Both the position numbers and the translations under genes were made by a program. The notes under the pieces are model-generated. The model did not search any database and was not told the origin of the DNA. It saw only the letters and a program-made list of their open reading frames with translations. A stretch of DNA of 64,000 bases from Malacoraja senta. Its lineage: Eukaryota. This document shows positions 1 through 12,565 of the stretch, piece by piece. Where the stretch lies: NCBI GenBank assembly GCA_038087875.1, contig JAXLNO010000680.1, positions 186,001 to 250,000 of the forward strand, given 5' to 3'. Positions within the stretch are counted from its first letter, which is position 1. Each line of letters starts with the position of its first letter.

Positions 1-412
1 AGAGAATTCCACAGACTCACAACTCTGTGAGAAAAAGTGTTTCCTCGTCTCCATTCTAAATGGCTTACCCCTTATTCTTAAACAGTGGCCCCTGGTTCTG
101 GACTCCCCCAACATCGGGAACATGTTTCCTGCCTCTAGCGTGTCCACTCTTAACAATCTTATATGTTTCAATAAGATACCCTCTCATCCTTCTAAACTCC
201 AGAGTGTACAAGCCCAGCTGCTCCATTCTCTCAGCATATGACAGTCCCGCCATCCCGGGAATTACCCTGGTGAACCTACGCTGCACTCACTCAATAGCAA
301 GAATGTCCTTCCTCAAATTAGTCCACTCTGCCATTCAACCGTGGCTGATCTCTGCTTCCTAATCCCATTTTCCTGCCTTCTCCCCACAACCCTTGACACC
401 CGTTCTAATCAA
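1..412 (-). mobile_element. CR1-clade LINE 3' fragments
   Basis: ORF 65..286 QRRFTRVIPGMAGLSYAERM...LEFRRMRG is a CR1 ORF2 C-terminus. Confidence 0.85.
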
Positions 413-616
413 GAACTGGGGTTTCCTCCCACAGCCGTAAAGGTGTGGGGTTTGTAGGTTAATTGACCTCTGTAAATTGTCCCTGGTGTGTAGGTTAGAA
501 CTAGTGAACAGATGTTCTCAGGTCGATGAGGACTTGTTTGTTTCCCCGCTGTATCTAAACCAAACTAAACTCAACTATATACCGTAGAGACATTGAGAGA
601 TACAGCGTGGAAACGG

Positions 617-1095
617 TACAGAGAAGATTTACGAGGCTGTTGCCAGGACTAGAGGGTGTGAGCTATAGGGAGAGGTTGAGTAAACTGGGACTCTATTCCT
701 TGGAGTGCAGGAGGATGAGGGGCGATCTTATAGAGGTGGATAAAATCTCTTGAGGAATAGATTGGGTAGACGCACAGAGTCTCTTGCCCAGAGTAGGGGA
801 ATCGAGGACCAGAGGACATAGGTTCAAGGTGAAGGGGAAAAAATTTAATAGGAATCTGAGGGGCAACTTTTTTCACACAAAGGGGTGGTGGGTGTATGGA
901 ACAAGCTGCCAGAGGAGGTAGTTGGGACTGGGATTATTCCAACATTTAAGAAACAGTTAGACAGGTACATGGATAGGACAGGTTTGGAGGGATATGGACC
1001 AAATGCGGGGAGGTGGGACTAGAGTAGCTGGGACATGTTGGCCGGTGTGGGCAAGTTGGGCCAAAGGGCCTGTTTCCACGCTCTATGACTATGAG
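617..1095 (+). mobile_element. CR1/HER1-type LINE 3' end
   Basis: [22 protein letters not shown] coding remnant; tail gggccaaagggcctgtttcc is shared with the SINE. Confidence 0.75.
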
Positions 1096-3435
1096 CAGGG
1101 CAACAGGCCCTTCAGCCCATTGAGTGCATGCTGACCATCAACCACATTTTATATCAATCTATTTTTTATTCATCAAATATTCCCGTCAACTCTCCCCGGA
1201 TTCTACCAGTCACTGGGACCAATTGATAGCGGCCAATTAGCCCTCCAATCCACACATCTTTAGAATGTAGTAGGAAACCAGGGCATACACACTCCTTATT
1301 GGACACTGTGACCACGTGGGTTTTCACCAGGTGCTCCGGTTTCCTCCCACGCTTCAAAGACATACAGGTTTGTAGGGTAATTAATGGATTGACTAGGCTT
1401 ATATTCGCTGGATTTTAGAAGGATGAGAGGGGATCTTATAGAAACATATAAAATTCTTAAGGGATTGCAGGAAAAATGTTCCCGATGTTAGGGGAGTCCA
1501 GAACCAGGGGTCGCAGTTTAAGAATAAGAGGTCGGCCATTTAGGACTGAGACGAGGGAAAACTTTTTTAGCCAGAGTTGTGAATCTGTGGAATTCTCTGC
1601 CACAGAAGACAGTGGAGGCCAATTCACTGGATGTATTCAAGAGAGTTAGATTTAGCTCTAAGGGCTAACGGAATCAGGGGATATGGGGAGGAGGCAGGAA
1701 CAGGGTACTGATTTTAGATGATCACCCATGATCGTATTGAATGGCAGTGCTGGCTAGAAGGGCGAAATGGCCTACTCCTGCACCTATTTTTATGTTTAAT
1801 TGGCTTCGGTAAAAATTGTAAATTGTCCCAAATGTGTACGATAGTGTTAATGTGCAGAGATCGCTGGCCGGCACGGACCCAGTGGGCCGAAGGGCCTGTT
1901 TCTGCGCTGTATCTCGAAACTAGACTCAACTAAACTAAAAGGCAGAGGAAGAAAAAGAAATCAGCCGGAAAGAAACGGAGAAAAAATGATGTGGAAATTG
2001 AGAGAAACAGCAGTTGATTCCATTAGTGTATAATGTTTGCAGTTATTCTGAGCACTCTTTCCCTCTGACGTACGGTTGCTGGAGGTTTGACAGGTCTTTC
2101 TAGACTTCCAGCCTGCAAGTGAGTGGTATAGAACTGCCTGTCTCCAACTCATTAAGTGACTGTCTATATTTATCACAGGATGACTCAAGGGCAGCCTGTA
2201 TGTAGCACAGAGACAGGTCTTTATCTTAAATTGGATGAAGTACAAAGGACAAATATGCTTCACAATGCCTTAGTGAGCTTCTATCTTTGACACAAAAAGT
2301 TGGTGTAACTCAGCGGGTCAGACAGCATCTCTGAAGGAAAGGAATAGGTGACGTTTCATAGAATCATAGAAAATAGGTGCAGGAGTAGGCCATTCGGCCC
2401 TTTGAGCCAGCACCGCCATTCAATATGATCATGGCTGATCATGCACAATCAGTACCCCGTTCCTGCTTTTCCCCATATCCCCTGATTCCGTTAGCCCCAA
2501 GAGCTAAATCTAACTCTCTCTTGAAAACATCCAGTGAATCGGCCTCCACTGCCTTCTGTGGCAGAGAATTCCACAGATTCACAACTTTCTGGGTGAAAAA
2601 GTTTTTACTCATTTCCAAGTTGTAAAATTTTTTGGTTAGACCACACTTGCCTTGACTGAAGGGCTCTGAGTTTAGTTTAGTTTAGAGATACAGAGCGGAT
2701 ACAGGCCCTTTTCGGCCCACCGATTCCTTGCCGACCAGCGATCCCCGCACACTAACGTCCACACACTAGGGGCAATTTACACGTATACCAAGTATAAACC
2801 AAGTATATATACGTACAAACTCCCTGCATAGAAACATAGACAATAGGTGCAAGAGTAGGCCATTCGGCCCTTCGAGCCAGCACCGCCATTCAATACGATC
2901 ATGGCTGATCATCCAAAATCAGTACCCCTTTCCTGCTGTCTCCCCATATCCCTTGATTCCATTAGCCCTAAGAGCTCTATCTAACTCTCTTGAAAACATC
3001 CAGCGAATTGGCCTCCACTGCCATCTGTGTCTGAAGAAAGGTCTCAAGCTGAAACGTCACCTATTCCTTTCTCCAGAGATGCTGCCTGTCCCGCTGAGTT
3101 ACTCCAGCTTTTTCCATCTATCTTCAGTTTAAACCAGCATCTGCAGTTCCTTCCTACACATGCTATTTTTGACGACCGCATTTAGTTTTGGGCTTTGCAC
3201 TTCAAAAGGAGTGTAGTTTCCATGGAGAGAAAGCAATGCAGTTTTACTGTGATACCAGCAGTTAGAGGATTCTGTGATGAAAAAAGACACAAAGTGCTGG
3301 AGTAATTTAGTGGGTCAGGCAACATCTCTGGAGAACATGGATAGGTGACTTTTCAGGTCGAAACCTTTCTTCAGACACAGAAGGCAGTGGAGGCCAATTC
3401 ACCGGATGTTTTCAAGAGAGTTTGCATATTTTTTT

Positions 3436-3740
3436 AGGTTAGTTTAGATACAGCGCGGAAACAGGCCCTTCGGCCCACCGAGTCCGCGCCGACCAGCGAT
3501 CCCCGCACACTAACACTATCCTACACACACTGGGGACAATTTATATTTATACCAAGGCAATTAACCTATAAACCTGTACGTTTTTGAAGTGTGGAAGGAA
3601 ACTGAAGATCTCGGAGAAAACCCTAGCAGCTCACGGGGAGAATGTACAAACTCCGTGCGGACAGGATCGAACTCCGTAGTCGGGATCGAGCCCGGGTCTC
3701 TGGCACTGTAAGACGGCAACTCTACCGCTGCGCCACCCTG
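3436..3740 (-). mobile_element. HE1-type SINE
   Basis: Reverse complement of the same consensus. Confidence 0.85.
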
Positions 3741-4130
3741 CAGGTTATGAGGGGGTGGAGCAAGTTGGAAAACAGGTGGGGGCAGGATAAGGTCTGGCAA
3801 GTAATAGGTGGATACGGGTGAGGTGGGTGGTTGATAGGGCAGATAGTTGTACAAAGGCCAGAGAGAAGACAGAAGGTGCATGCTGGCTCTAGAGAGGGTC
3901 CAGTGGAGGTGTACAAGAATGAGTGTTTGAGGGCACTGGGCCTGTACTCGCTAGAGTTTAGAAGAATGAGGGGGGGGGGGGACCTCATTGAAACGTACAG
4001 AATAGTGAAAGGCTTGGATAGAGTGGATGTGGAGAGGATGTTTCCACTAGTGGGAGAGTCTAGGACCAGAGGTCACAGCCTCAGAATTAAAAGACATTCC
4101 TTTGGGAAGGAGATGAGGAGGAATTTCTTT

Positions 4131-5300
4131 AAGTAGACACAAAAAGCTGGAGTAACTCAGCAGGACAGACAGCATCTCTGGAGAGAAGGAATGGGTGACG
4201 ATTCAGGTCGAGACCCTTCTTCAGACTGATGTCAGGGGAGTGGGCGGGACAGAGAGAAAATATAGTCGGAGAAAGTAAGACTGGTGGGAGAACTGGGAAG
4301 GGGACGGAGAGAGGGAAAGCAAGGGCTATTTGAAGTTAGAGAAGTCAATGTTCATACCGCTGGGGTGTCAAATGCCCAAGCGAAATATGAGGTGCTGTTT
4401 CTCCAATTAGCGTTGGGCCTCACTCTGACAGTGGAGGAGGCCCAGGACAGAAAGGTCAGTGTGGGAATGGGAGGGGGAGTTAAAGTGTTTGGCAACCGGG
4501 AGATCAGGTAGGTTTAGGCGGACTGAGCGGAGGTGTTCAGCGAAACGATCGCCGAGCCTGTGCTTGGTCTCGCCGATGTAGAGAAGTTGACACCTGGAAC
4601 AGCGGATACAGTAGATGAGGTTGGAGGAGGTTCAAGTAAACCTCTGCCTCACCTGGAAAGACTGTCGGGGTCCTTGGATGGAGTCGAGTGGGGAGGTAAA
4701 TGTTGCATCTCCTGCGGTTGCAGGGGAAAGTACCCGGGGAGGGGGTGGTTTGGGTGGGAAGGGACGAGTTGACCAGGGAGTTGCGGAGGGAACGGTCTCT
4801 GTGGAAAGCAGAAAGGGGTGGAGATGAGAAGATGTGGCCAGTAGTGGGATCCTGTTGGAGGTGGTGAAAGTGTTGGAGTATTATATGCTGTATGTGACGG
4901 CTGATGGGGTGGAAGGTGAGGACAAGGGGGACTCTGTTCTTGTTGCGAATGGGGGGAGGGGGAGCAAGAGCGGAGCTGCGGGATATCGAGGAGACCCCAG
5001 TGAGAGCCTCATCTATTATGGAAGAGGGGAACCCCCGTTCCCTAAAGAATGAGGACATCTCCGACGACCTGGTATGGAAAACCTCATCCAGGGCGCAGAT
5101 GCGGAATAGACAGAGGAATTGGGAGTAAGGGATAGAGTCTTTACAGGAAGCAGGGTGGGAAGAAGTGTAGTCCAGATAGCTGTGGGAGTCACTGGGTTTG
5201 TAGTAGATGTCGGTCAATAGTCTGTCTCCTGTGATGGAGACAGTGAGATCTAGTAGGGAGATGTCAGAGATGATGAATTTGAGTGTAGGATGGAAATTAG
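4131..5300 (-). mobile_element. Penelope-like retroelement, 5'-truncated (RT C-terminus, Cys linker, GIY-YIG endonuclease, terminal repeat)
   Basis: ORF 4537..5322 (TDIYYKPSDSHSYLDYTSSHP...KDSIPYSQF...RDRSLRNSLV...PCNRRRC). A frameshifted continuation gives NLIYCIRCSRCQLLYIGET, the GIY-YIG motif. Confidence 0.85.
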
Positions 5301-6239
5301 TCAAGTCTGCTCTGCCATTCAATGGAAAAGGAATGTAGGTGGTGGAGGAGGAAATAAATAGGTGTGAGTCTAGATGGGGCAGAGGGGAGAGGGATGAAGT
5401 GGGGGAGGTGAAACCTCCCTAAAAATTGGAGAAGTCAATATTCGTACCATTGGCTTGTAAGATCCTGTGTGTTGAATGGTCTTAAGCAGTGCAGGCCTTC
5501 AGGGGAAGAGAGTTATAGAGTCACAGAGTGTGGAAACAGGCCCTTCGGCCCAACTCGCCCACACTGACCTGCTTCCAAGATGGCGCCCAACCCAGGCAAC
5601 TATTTGTTTAAGAAGGAACTGCAGATGCTGGAAAATCGAAGGTAGACAAAAGTGCTGGAGAAACGTTGCCTATTTTCTTCGCTCCATAGATGCTGCAGCA
5701 CCCGCTGAGTTTCTCCAGCACTTTTGTCTACCAGGCAACTATTAGCTTGCTAGCAGACGCAAATCTACAAACTCATATCCCAATCGCTCCACACATTTAA
5801 ATCTCTCAATAAACGTTATTCCCTAATCATGTATCTGTACACTGTGGACGGCTCGATTGTAATCATGTATTGACTTCCTGCTGACTGGCTAGGACGCAAC
5901 AAGCTTTCTGCTTGGGGAGTCTGCAGCACCTCATATTCCGCTTGGGGAGTCTGCATCCTGGTGGCATGAACATTGAATTCTCACAATTCTGTTAACCCTT
6001 GCTGTCTCCTCCCCTTCCCACCTCAGCCCTCGGGCTCCTCCTCCTCCTTTTTCCTTCCTTTCTTCTCCCCGCCTCCCCCCACCCCCTATCATTCTGAAGA
6101 AGGGTTTCGGCCCGAAATGTTGCCGATCTCCTTCGCTCCTTAGATGCTGCTGCACCCGCTGAGTTTCTCCAGCATTTTTGTGTACCTAAGCTTTTCACTG
6201 TACCTCGGTACACGTGACAATAAACTAAACTGAAACTGA

Positions 6240-6655
6240 CCAACATGTCCCATAGACACTAGTCCCACCTGCCTCCGTTTGGTCCATATCCCTCTAAACC
6301 TGCCCTATCCATTTGCCTGTCTAATTGCTTCTTAAATGTTGGGATAGTCCCAGCCTCAACGATCTCCTCTGGCAACTCATTCATACATCCACCACCCTCT
6401 GTGTGGAAAAAGTTACCCCTCAGATTCCTATAAAATCTTTCCCCCTTCACCTGAACCCTATGTCCTCTGGTTCTTGATTCCCCTACTCTGGGCAAGAGAC
6501 TCTGTGCGTCTACCCGATCTTATCCTCATGATTTTATACACCTCTATAAGATCTCCCCCCATCCTCCAAGGAATAGAGTCCCAGCCTGCTCAACCTCTAT
6601 AGCTCAGGCCCTCGAGCCCTGGCAACATCCTCGTAAATTTTCTCTGCATCCTTTG
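6240..6655 (-). mobile_element. CR1/HER1-type LINE 3' end
   Basis: Same family as 617-1095. Confidence 0.75.
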
Positions 6656-7312
6656 GCATTCCGTGGGAATTGGATGTTACAAGAGCAGATAAGTCCCCAA
6701 ATATTGTTCCCATGATTTCACGTAACTTGTGTGTGGGATTGGGAAGGATGGCGTGCTAAATGTGCGGGAGAAGGCACTTTTTGTAAATCAGGACTTTTGG
6801 GAAAGAGACCTTGGTGAGGTGCTTCATTGCTTTTAGTGGACGATGTTTGCTGGTAATGTTGAAATTGGGCCAAAAGCTATGGTCGCCTTTATTCACGGAC
6901 TGAAGGGAGGGGGGGGGGGTATGTGAATAACTGCGGCTTTGTTGATTTGGAAGATGGAGATGAATGCCTCTTTATTGTGTTTTGTATCGTGCTTTCAAAC
7001 CCGCTTCTCACAGGCAGCTACAGGGCTTTTGCAGACTGTCATGAACTATACTGGTGTGTGGAGACTGTGATTTATCTAGCTTGCTCTCACGCCACATGCC
7101 CTTTGTTTAGTTCAGTTCTAGATCTAGTTTAGAGATAGAGCGGAAACAGGCCGCTTCAGCCCACCGAGTCAGCGCTGACCTGCGATCCCCGCACACTAAC
7201 ACTATCCTGCACACGGGACAATTTGCAATGATACCAAGCCAATTAACCTACAAATCTGTACGACATTGGAGTGGGGGAGTAAACCGTAGATCCCAGAGAA
7301 AACCCACACAGG

Positions 7313-7622
7313 TTTAGTTTAGTTGAGAGATACAGCGCGGAAACGGGCCCTTTGGCCCACCGGGTCCGTGCCGACCAGCGATCCCCGCACATTAACACCA
7401 TCCTACACCCACTAGGGACAATTTTTACATTTACCAATCCAATTAACCTACAAACCTGTACATCTTTGGAGTGTGGGAGGAAACCGAAGATCTCAGAGAA
7501 AACCCACGCAGGTCACGGGGAGAAGGTAGAAACTCCATACAGACAGCACCCGTAGTCGGGATCGAACCCGGGTTTCCGGCGCTGTGAGACAGCAACTCTA
7601 CCACTGCGCCACTGTGCCGCCC
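7313..7622 (-). mobile_element. HE1-type SINE
   Basis: Same consensus, near full length. Confidence 0.85.
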
Positions 7623-7766
7623 TGTGTGTGTGTGTGTGGTAGAATCTGGGTGGTGTGGATGGGACTGTGAGGAGAATAAAAATGGGATAGTACAGTGTAA
7701 ATGGGTGTTTGGTGAACAATGAGGACCCTGTGTTGAAGACTGTTCCCATGCTGTGTCTCCCTAGGA

Positions 7767-7969
7767 CAAGGGTTCCCAACCTGGGGTAAATTTGTTGATT
7801 CTGGAACTTAAAATAATAATGTTAAAAACAGTATTTGAAAATGTTCACCTTTGTCAGTTGCTTTATTATGGTCGGTGTAAAATTACTGAACAACAGGTTG
7901 GGGGTAAATTTACTTTTGAAAAGTTGCCGGGAGGGGTGTAAACGGGACGAAAAAGGTTGTGAATCCCTG
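7767..7969. mobile_element. hAT (Charlie-like) MITE
   Basis: Termini CAAGGGTTCCCAACCT ... AGGTTGTGAATCCCTG; related copy at 45407-45627. Confidence 0.65.
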
Positions 7970-8081
7970 CCCTTTATCATGTACCATGAAGACAAGGTGC
8001 CCCCTTCTGCTATGGAGATGCCCTTGAGTGTGGGCCCTGTTATCCCGGGAAATGTTCGACCCAGTTGGTAGCTGAAATGTC

Positions 8082-8087
8082 TTTATT
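8082..8087 (-). terminator. Polyadenylation signal AATAAA of the ZBTB43-like gene
   Basis: TTTATT on + at the end of about 1 kb of non-repetitive 3'UTR-like sequence (AU-rich motifs, (TA)n) downstream of the stop codon. Confidence 0.6.
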
Positions 8088-8762
8088 CGTGAGAAGAATA
8101 ACATTTCAAGAGTTCACATAAATAGCTAAAAACATGACACGTTTTTTTTAAAAAAAGGTAAAATACTGCCGATGCTCCAGACCTGAAACGAGAGGGAAGA
8201 TAGAACAGAGTCAGAGGTTGTTGGCGGGTCTGGGGCGTGGGATTTCAGTCGTTGGGTCTCGGTTCGGATCTGTAGATATCCGTCATCCTCCTCTATCCCG
8301 GGGCATTGACAGCAAACAACAGTACTCTTGAAATGGATAGAAGTAAGTCAACGTTTCCCTGTAGGATGTAGCCCAGCAGCAAGATCCCAGGCGTAAAAAC
8401 AAGCAGGCCAACGAGCCGCGGCTCCGGGAGTTGAGGGATTAACAAACAGCCGCGACACATTTCAAAATGGCGGCCGCGGTGTATTAAACGCCCATCCCGG
8501 GGGGGGGGGGGCAAAATGGCGGCCTTTGTTTAAACTCTCGTCCGTGAGACTGCGCCACTCTCCCTCGGCACCACCCAGGCCGTGCCCAGTGTGTGGTTGG
8601 CCGAGTTCTGGTGGAAACGGTTCCAACACCAAGCCGGCTTAAATCTCCTCAGACGCCGACTGGTTCGCTGAGTATCTTCCTGTTCCGAGTCCCATAAATA
8701 TTAAAAGCAAGGGTGACTGTAAAAAATAGTTCAATGCGCAGCACCAGAATCTACATACATAC

Positions 8763-8797
<35 letters not shown>

Positions 8798-9119
8798 TGT
8801 GTTTTTCTTTAATATAATTAAATATTAAACTTCTGTAAAAATTGTCAGCATGATCTGAATCACAGATTTGTGTGCGTGGGAGGGAGTTTCAGGCCGGAGT
8901 TAGCGAGCTTCTGTTAGTAACAGCCCGTCGAGGAATCTGATCCTTGAAGACATGTTCGCTGCCTCTCTCTCGTTCCGGATCCCGGATGGCCAGCTAATCC
9001 CCACCCCTCGCCCCGTCTCCCTCAGCGGTCCCGACGCCACGCCCTCAACTATGGCCGAGGGAGGGGGGTTGGTCACCTCCTTCTTCGCCCTGGCTGTTGG
9101 GGGTGGGGGAGGGCTGGGG

Positions 9120-10596
9120 TCAGAGGTCGGTGGGGCCGCTGAGTTCGAGTGCGGTGGGCACGTCGAGGTCGGGCAGAGGGGCGGCGGTGGCAGCGTGGTA
9201 GAGCTTGGCGCAGGCGTTGCGGTGGCGGGTGAAGCTGTCCCTCCACATGAACTTCTTGCCGCAGTAGTGGCACTCGTAGGGCTTGTGGCCGGTGTGGATC
9301 TTCATGTGGCCCATCAGGTGGTGCTTCATCTTGAACTTCTTGTTGCAGATGGGACAGCCGAAGGGGCGCACGTTGAGGTGCATGCTCATGTGCCGGTCCC
9401 GCTGGCTCTTGTGGGCAAAGCTCTTGCCGCACTGGCAGGGGTAGAGCTTGTAGACGCCGCCGGGAAGTCCGAGCCGGCGGGCGGGTGGCAGGAGCTGGGG
9501 CCCGCCTCGCCCAGCACGCCATATGCCCCGTTCTCTGGATCTCGCCCGGCAGCCCGTTGCCCTGCAGGAGACCCCCGTTGGGGCTCCCGGCCCCGGCCCG
9601 GTCGAAGTGGAAGTCGTCGGAAGAGCCGTAGTAGTCGACGGGCTCGTCGTAGCCAGGGTCCTCGTTGAACTCGTCGTAGTCTTCGGCCAGCGAGTGCTCC
9701 GGGAAGTGGGAGGAGGGCTCTCGCTTTGCCCCCTCCAGCTTCCTCTTGCCGGGGACCGGCACAAAGTGGCCCTCCTCCTCCTCGCTGCCCGGCGACTGGC
9801 CCTCCTCCTGCTTGCCGCCCTTCACCAGGACCCAGCGCTTGTGCGGCACCATGCTGGGCTGGCTGTACGCGGGCACTGGGTAGGGGCAGTCGGCACTGTT
9901 GCCCACCGACGCGCCGCCTTCCCCGACAAACTTCTCCCTCTCCACCGAGTTGCTGATGACGTTGTCTTGCTCCGTCTCCCGGCCCGGGGAAGTCGGCCCC
10001 GCAACTTTCTGGCCCTCCTCTTCTTCCTCCTCCTCCTCCTCGTCCTCATCCTCCTCGTCCTCCTCCTGGTGGCCCTCCATCTTGATGTTGTCCTCCTCGG
10101 GCCTCTCGAACTTGGCGGGCACGCTGGCCCCGGTCTCGGCGCCGTGCCAGGGGCTGAGGTAGTTGCTGCTGCTGGGCGACTGGTTCTGGCTGCTGGCCTG
10201 GTAGCTGGGGGCGGGAGCCGACTGGCTCTCCTGCAGCAGCTCGGTGCACTTGTCCACCACGTGCCACATCTGCAGGAAGCTGGCCACCGTCAGGTAGCTG
10301 ACGATCTCTGGCGACAGGATGGTCAGCTTGCCGGTGTAGGAGGAGGCCAGGACATTCTCAAAGGCCTTGGGGCTCATCACGCCGGGCAGGACAATGCGGC
10401 TGGCGTTCTTCAGGAGCACCTGGTCGTGGAAGTAGGGCGAGGATGCTGCCAGCACCGCCCGGTGTGCCCTGAACATCTGGCCCTGGAGGTGGATGGTGAT
10501 GTCGCACAGCTTGCCCTCCACGCGCTGCTGGTTCAGCTTCCGCAGCAGGTTGTTGCCGAAGTTCGGGAACTCCACCTGAAACATCCCCGGCTCCAT
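9120..10596 (-). CDS. ZBTB43-like: ZBTB43-like BTB zinc-finger protein (ZBTB22/43 subfamily), frameshifted at about 9460-9535 in this sequence; about 492 aa if repaired
   Basis: The BTB region MEPGMFQVEFPNF...PEIVSYLTVASFLQMWHVVDKCTELL is in ORF 9073..10653. The fingers KLYPCQCGKSFAHKSQRDRHMSMHL...KFKMKHHLMGHMKIHTG...FMWRDSF are in a different frame (ORF 9120..9764). Both resemble ZBTB43 as I recall it. ATG at 10596 (gcccATGg), acceptor tttgttttgcttctgcctctcccag| with exon start 10625, TGA at 9120-9122. Orthology is uncertain. Confidence 0.8.
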
Positions 10597-10663
10597 GGGC
10601 CTTCCAGCGGCACCCCCGGCTCTACCTGGGAGAGGCAGAAGCAAAACAAACACGATCAGACAT

Positions 10664-10970
10664 CAGTGGCGCAGCGGCAGAGTTGCTGCCTCACAGCGCC
10701 AGAGACCCGGGTTTGAATCCCAACTACGGGTGCCGTCTGTACGGAGTTTGTACGTTCTCCTCGTGACCTGCGTGGGTTTTCTCCGAGATCTTCAGTTTCC
10801 TCCCACACTCCAAAGACGTACAGGTTTGTAGGTTAATTAGCTTGGCATAAATGTACAAACATTGTCTCTAGTGTGTGTAGGATAGTGTTAATGTACTGGA
10901 ATCACTGGTCGGTGCAGACTCGGTGGGCCGAAGGGCCTGTTTCCGCGCTGTATCTCTAAACTAAACTAAA
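10664..10970 (+). mobile_element. tRNA-derived SINE (HE1/V-SINE type)
   Basis: A box TGGCGCAGCGG, B-box-like GGTTTGAATCC, conserved core, LINE-derived tail gggccgaagggcctgtttcc and (CTAAA)n. Confidence 0.85.
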
Positions 10971-11111
10971 TCCACACACACCTTTAGAAGGGCCCGACCC
11001 AAAATGTCACCTATCTTTTTTCTCCCAGATACGTTGCCTGATCCGCTGAGTTACTCCACCACGTTGATGTCTATCTTCAGACATCCAATGTTCCAGTCTG
11101 GCCCTCATCAG

Positions 11112-11650
11112 GTCTCCAAATCTGAGGAAGGACATTATAGCCATAGAGGAGTGCAGAGAAGGTTCACCAGACTGATTCCTGGGATGTCAGGACTTTCATA
11201 TGAAGAAAGACTGGATAGACTTGGCTTATACTCGCTAGAATTTAGGAGATTGAGAGGGGATCTTATAGAAACTTACAAAATTCTTATGGGGTTGGACAGG
11301 CTAGATGCAGGAAGATTGTTCCCAATGTTGGGGAAGTCCAGGACAAGGGGTCACAGCTTAAGGATAAGGGGGAAATCCTTTAAGACCGAGATGAGGAAAA
11401 CCTTTTTCACACAGAGAGTGGTGAATCTCTGGAACTCTCTGCCACAGAGGGTAGTTGAGGCCAGTTCATTGGCTATATTTAAGAGGGAGTTAGATGTGGC
11501 CCTTGTGGCTAAGGGGATCAGGGGGTATGGAGAGAAGGCAGGTACGGGATACTGAGTTGGATGATCAGCCATGATCATATTGAATGGCGGTGCAGGCTCG
11601 AAGGGGCCGAATGGCCTACACCTGCACCTATTTTCTATGTATCTATGTAT
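11112..11650 (+). mobile_element. CR1-clade LINE 3' end
   Basis: [44 protein letters not shown]...FFTQRVVNLWNSLP followed by a (TATG)n tail. Confidence 0.9.
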
Positions 11651-12244
11651 GTGCAAACATCTACCTAGTCCCACACACATCTCAGGAGACCCTCCCATCT
11701 CTGTCTCTCAGTGCTATGACCTCCTGGGAAACCCACGAACGAGAGGCCATGCCAACAGCCTGACTCCTCCACAGAGTTATAGGGAGGTGGAGAATGGAAA
11801 CTGGCCCTTCGGCCCAGAGACCTCATCGACCACCACTCCACCCATTTACACTAATCCAAACGAAATCCAATTTTTATTTTTTGTGGACTTTTTTTGAGAC
11901 ACAGTGCGGAAACAGGTCCTTCTGCCCACGGAGTCCGCGCAGACCAGCGATCCCCGCACACTAGCACTATCCTACACGCACAAGGGACAATTTACAATTT
12001 TACAGAAGCCTATTGACCCACAAACCTGCACGTCTTTGGAGTGTGAGAACAAACCGGAGCACCCGGAGAAAACCCACACTTTCTTAGGGAGAACGTACAA
12101 TTTCTGGTCAGACCCCATCCATAGTGAGGATCAAACCTATGTCTCCAGCGCTGTAAGGCAGCTTAGGATGGTGGTACATTCACCAAAGGCATTACAGGTA
12201 TACTGATATACAGGTATACAAGTGTAGAGAATTGACAGTGCTTT

Positions 12245-12565
12245 TAGTTTAGTTTGGAGATACAGCGCGTAAACAGGCCTTCGGCCCACCGGGTCCGTGC
12301 CGACCAGCCATCCCCGCACACTAACACAATCCTACACCCACCGGCAACAATTTTTACATTTACCAAGCCAATTAACCTACAGACCTGCACGTCTTTGGAG
12401 TGTGGGAGGAAACCGAAGATCTCGGAGAAAACCCACGCAGGTCACGGGGAGAACGGGGAGTACAAACTCCGTACGGACAGCACACGTAGTCGGGATCGAA
12501 CCCGGGTTTCCGGCGCTGCATTCGCTGTAAGGCACCAACTCTACCACTGCGCCACCGTGACCGCA
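12245..12565 (-). mobile_element. HE1-type SINE
   Basis: Same consensus. Other copies lie at about 11895-12160, 19727-20010, 22680-22960, 23905-24200, 35180-35480, 38660-38962, 41575-41878 and 57900-58200 (minus strand) and 27650-28105, 36700-36975, 44098-44380, 58420-58645 and 59620-59915 (plus strand). Confidence 0.85.

Noticed and set aside
2040..2135. Possible + strand micro-exon (tttgacag|...|gtgagt)
   Set aside because: No recognisable protein or partner exons, so it cannot be supported from the sequence alone.
4131..5322. Autonomous, active retroelement
   Set aside because: All LINE and Penelope copies in the window are 5'-truncated or carry stops and frameshifts.
9460..9580. A small intron explaining the frame change
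   Set aside because: No convincing donor or polypyrimidine acceptor is present, this subfamily has a single coding exon, and the interval reads as coding in the third frame.
8952..10716. + strand ORFs of 238 and 397 aa, and 45936..46829 (297 aa)
   Set aside because: These are antisense shadows of GC3-rich ZBTB coding sequence.
10664..10740. tRNA gene (A and B boxes)
   Set aside because: It is the head of a multi-copy SINE, continuous with the SINE core and LINE-derived tail.
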